Below, in pieces: positions 60,500 through 64,000 of a stretch of DNA of 64,000 nucleotides. The stretch lies in assembly GCA_963693365.1 (NCBI GenBank), contig CAVNZM010000011.1, positions 372,001-436,000 of the forward strand, written 5' to 3'. The notes below the pieces were generated by a model. That model was given only the letters and a program-made list of their open reading frames with translations, ran no database searches and was not told the DNA's origin. Source of the stretch: Amoebidium appalachense (Eukaryota; Protista; Ichthyosporea). The position numbers and the translations under genes are program-made. Each line of letters opens with the position of its first letter. The stretch's first letter is position 1.

Positions 60500-60963
60500 G
60501 ATGGGTGGGCCACCTGGGGGGGGGGGAGGGAGGGGATGCGTAAGAATGGGGGGATTGGAGGAGAGAAGACTCATAAAGCAGGGAGTGGTAAACATTAGAA
60601 ATAGATACAACGAAACCAAAAAGAGGAAAGACAACAGAAGAAAAATGTTTGTTATATATATATATATATATTAAGGAGGTGCAGGGGGAGGGGAGGGGGG
60701 TTCATCCCAAGCAGCAACATGGCAACACAGTTGACCAATGGGACGGGGCATGGACCAAGCACCACACCACGTGATCAATCCAAAAATAGAAGGGCGGGGA
60801 AGGGAGAGAAAATGGCCCATTCGTTGAAAGGGAAGGGGGGAGGAGGGGGGTGGGAGGCAGGGGGATTCACAATAGACATCCCATATCAGCTGGTTGCTAC
60901 AGGGGGTGTATAGTTGTGCAAAGAGAAAGCTTTTGGGCAGGCATTGGGGGGAACGGCGGGGGC

Positions 60964-60994
<31 letters not shown>

Positions 60995-61485
60995 ATTCGT
61001 CTCTGGAGTGGGCAGGCAGAAGGACGATGCACAAGAGAACGATTTAAAATGTGAGGATAACAGGTGGGCTGGTTGGATTTGTGACAGTGAAAGGGAAGCG
61101 CATAGCAATGTTTGGGTGGTGTGAAAATGATTGTATGTCCATGTGTGCACTCTTGCTGGCCGTATGTTGGCCGTATGCGTGTGCCTGTGGTGTTGTTCAT
61201 CTATACTCTTGTGCATGTATAAGTGCGTGTCCTGGCCTATGCTTGTGTGAGGGTGTGTGAGGGTGTATCTGTGTGTGTTCCTCTGCATGTGTGGATGTGT
61301 GTGTGCTTGTGAAGCCTCGTGTGCACGTGTATGTGTCTTGAAGAATAATTTGCATGTGTGTGTCTTTAGACCTGTAAGTGCTCGGGTGTGTGCATGTTCA
61401 TGCTTTTGTGTGCGTGTGGAGGGGGGGGGGGGGGGGGGGGGGGAGAGGGGGGAGGGGGAGAAGAGGGTGTGTATGTGTTTGTGTG

Positions 61486-61524
<39 letters not shown>

Positions 61525-61630
61525 CGTGTGTACGTGCATGCGTGCATGCGTGTGTGCGTGTGCGTGTGTACGTGTGTGTGTGTGTGCGCGTGTGCGTGTG
61601 CGTGTCCGTGTGTGTGCGCGTGCGCGTGTG

Positions 61631-61684
<54 letters not shown>

Positions 61685-61843
61685 AGTGTGATGTTTGTGC
61701 GTGTGTGTATCCATATGTCTATGGTCAAGTGCTTGTGGTGTATTTGCCTCTACTGCTCGTGTATGTGTGTGTGCGGGTGCGTGTGTGTGTATGGGGGGGA
61801 GGGGGGGGGAAGGGGGCGAGGGGGGGCGGGGAGTCGGTGTGCC

Positions 61844-61920
<77 letters not shown>

Positions 61921-62575
61921 TTTGTTTGTTTGTGCATACGTGGGTGGTTGCAGGATGTCTGAGAATGCAGTGTATGGTGAGGAAGTAAGTATAGCAGGAA
62001 AAAAAACCACAGCAAACACATTTTTACAGCTATCTACAACAACTGATAAGTTATGTGCCACAACCATTATTGGCACCAACTCGTTCTAATACGCAGCTAC
62101 ATGCCATCATTACTCTCGTACTGCATGCACGGGCATATGCCACTAAGCACCTATGTGCATGCCTTTCACAGAGAAGAACATTTCACATCATGGCCAACAA
62201 AATGGGTAGCGCTTCCCACCTTCCCCCCGCCCCTCCCCCCCCCTCCCTCCCCCCGCCCACCCCATCCCTCCAACCCACCCGGCCACCTCCCCCCCCCCCC
62301 CCCCTCCTCCACCCCACCCCATCACCACCACAGCCTGTATGCACACCCACACGCGCGAACGTACACATACAAAGAGTGCGAGGGGGAATGTAACACATAC
62401 AAACACACACACGCACGTGCGCGCGACCGTGCACGCACACACAACGCGCACACGCGCGCGTACACGCACACACAGACACACACACACGTGAGCGCACACG
62501 CACACACACATGCATGCAGCACACACGCACACACGCACACACACACATACACACACACGCGCGCGCGTATGCCAT

Positions 62576-62612
<37 letters not shown>

Positions 62613-63587
62613 GCACGCACACACACACACACACGCACGCACGCACACCGCCATCAACCCCTATCACCCTGAATGGGGATGTATACCTGCAGTTAGAGTG
62701 GCGTTGTCCTTTCCTTCCTCCCATCCAGCACTACACCTTTTGCAGATCTAGAGCGCGGGGACACACACAGAACTTCCAGTATACTCACGTGCTAGCCAAA
62801 ACCTTACACCTGAACTAAAATTGTGCCTCTATTTCCAGTTCTAGTGCGCTATTACAGCCACTGCACCTAAAGATCACCAATCCGTCTGCTCAACTCGTCC
62901 CTTTCACCTTGCACAGGATGTCCTGACCGTTTTCTAACATGGTCACCCAGGCCTGCACAAATCGATAATACTGTGCTCAAGCCTCCAGGGTTGTTAAAGG
63001 TATGTACTGCCTACTTCTTGCTCCCATAAGCTATCTATTCTTTACCTCGTGATTGTGTGCATGTTCTGCTTTTCGCCCTCCAAGAAACACGGAAACACGG
63101 CTGTGACGAAAGGAGGAAGCAAATTTAAATGATGTTGGGAGACCCTCCTCGCTCCTGTCGGCCTTCCTCGTTTGTTCCATTATCTTATCAGTCATGACAA
63201 GCTGAAGCATATCACCCTACAAAAACAGCCAGAAAAAGTCAAGAAAAAACGAACAAGGAATAGTAAAAACACCACGTATGGTTGTGTTTAGTCTCCGCAC
63301 TGAGGTTTTCAAGGAGAGGAGAAAGGCTCGACATTCATGGTTCGGTGTGCACTACAGTAGCGAGGAACGAGAGAAGGTTTAGATCGCGAATTCCTGTAAT
63401 AAAGTGCACAGGGGGTTTACGCTGTTTACTCGAGGCAAAGAGAACCAGTCTCAGGTATGGGGGGGGGGTTTTGCTCGGAATATCCCCTCAGCGGTATATC
63501 ATGATCACGTACATAGATGTCGGTGGTGAGACAAAAAAATGGGATGGTTGGGGATTTTTGAATACTTTCGCTACAATGGAAAAGGTG

Positions 63588-63813
63588 TAGTGCGTCGGAC
63601 TTACACAGCCCACCTCGCCAGACCCGAGAGGGTCGGCGCGGTCCTCTACGCTGTGGACCCAGCCCCGGCCGAGACCAGGGCATGGGAAGCCTCAGCCACA
63701 TCACGCTACGGTGGGTGTGCTGCGCCTCTTCATCCGCACTAGAGCAATTGTCTTGATGGTGAGATCAAGACATGGATGTAGACTATAGAAATGATCCTAT
63801 AGAGTACAGCCAT
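63588..63813 (-). ncRNA. U3: U3 snoRNA (~226 nt)
   Basis: Minus strand reads ATGGCTGTACTCTATAGGATCATTTCTATAG (boxes A'/A), then box C' GATGAAGA, box B AGCGTGA, box C-like AGAGGA, box D-like GTCCGA. Terminal stem TAGTGCG/CGCACTA and several internal hairpins. Confidence 0.88.
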
Positions 63814-64000
63814 TGTCGATATGATTGGCCATTCTAAACTTGCGCGGGTCATGCACATTCCACATCGGATGTGCGCCCGGTGAGTGGTGCCGTGTGCACA
63901 ATCACATGCATGTACACACACGCCACGCTTGCATGGATTGGGCACATGTGCACTGGGTTTGTAAGCTGTGTAAGTGAGATTGCATAAAACACTAATTCAC

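Noticed and set aside
62680-62960. Possible upstream exons of the LRR-PDZ gene
   Set aside because: Splice-like signals exist (there is also an acceptor just upstream of the 60499 ATG), but no unique model can be supported without transcripts.

Overview
Eukaryotic genomic DNA with GT-AG spliceosomal introns full of (CA)n/(GT)n and poly-C/poly-G tracts. The host looks like an opisthokont, possibly a unicellular one (inference only). 1-13.6 kb is a nest of four LTR retrotransposons. A minus-strand Copia (A) is interrupted by a near-intact plus-strand Copia (B, GAAAG TSD) and by a decayed Gypsy, which itself carries a complete TRIM (TGGGG TSD) sharing termini and PBS with Copia A. Next come a 13-exon TYW1 (-) head-to-head with a 6-exon thymidylate kinase (+), an intact two-ORF APE-RT LINE, a 3-exon secreted trypsin with Thr-rich arms, and a putative ZZ-finger/PP1-binding gene. 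These are followed by a G-rich minisatellite, a 22-exon LRR-PDZ-PDZ gene (-) and a U3 snoRNA (-). The most interesting observations are (i) a poly(A)-less retroposon family whose copies all end at poly-C tracts, (ii) splice sites directly abutted by (GT)n at donors and (CA)n at acceptors, and (iii) the LAP-like LRR+PDZ architecture. Several single-base frameshifts fall in homopolymer runs and are probably assembly errors. All exon models were assembled by hand and are unverified.
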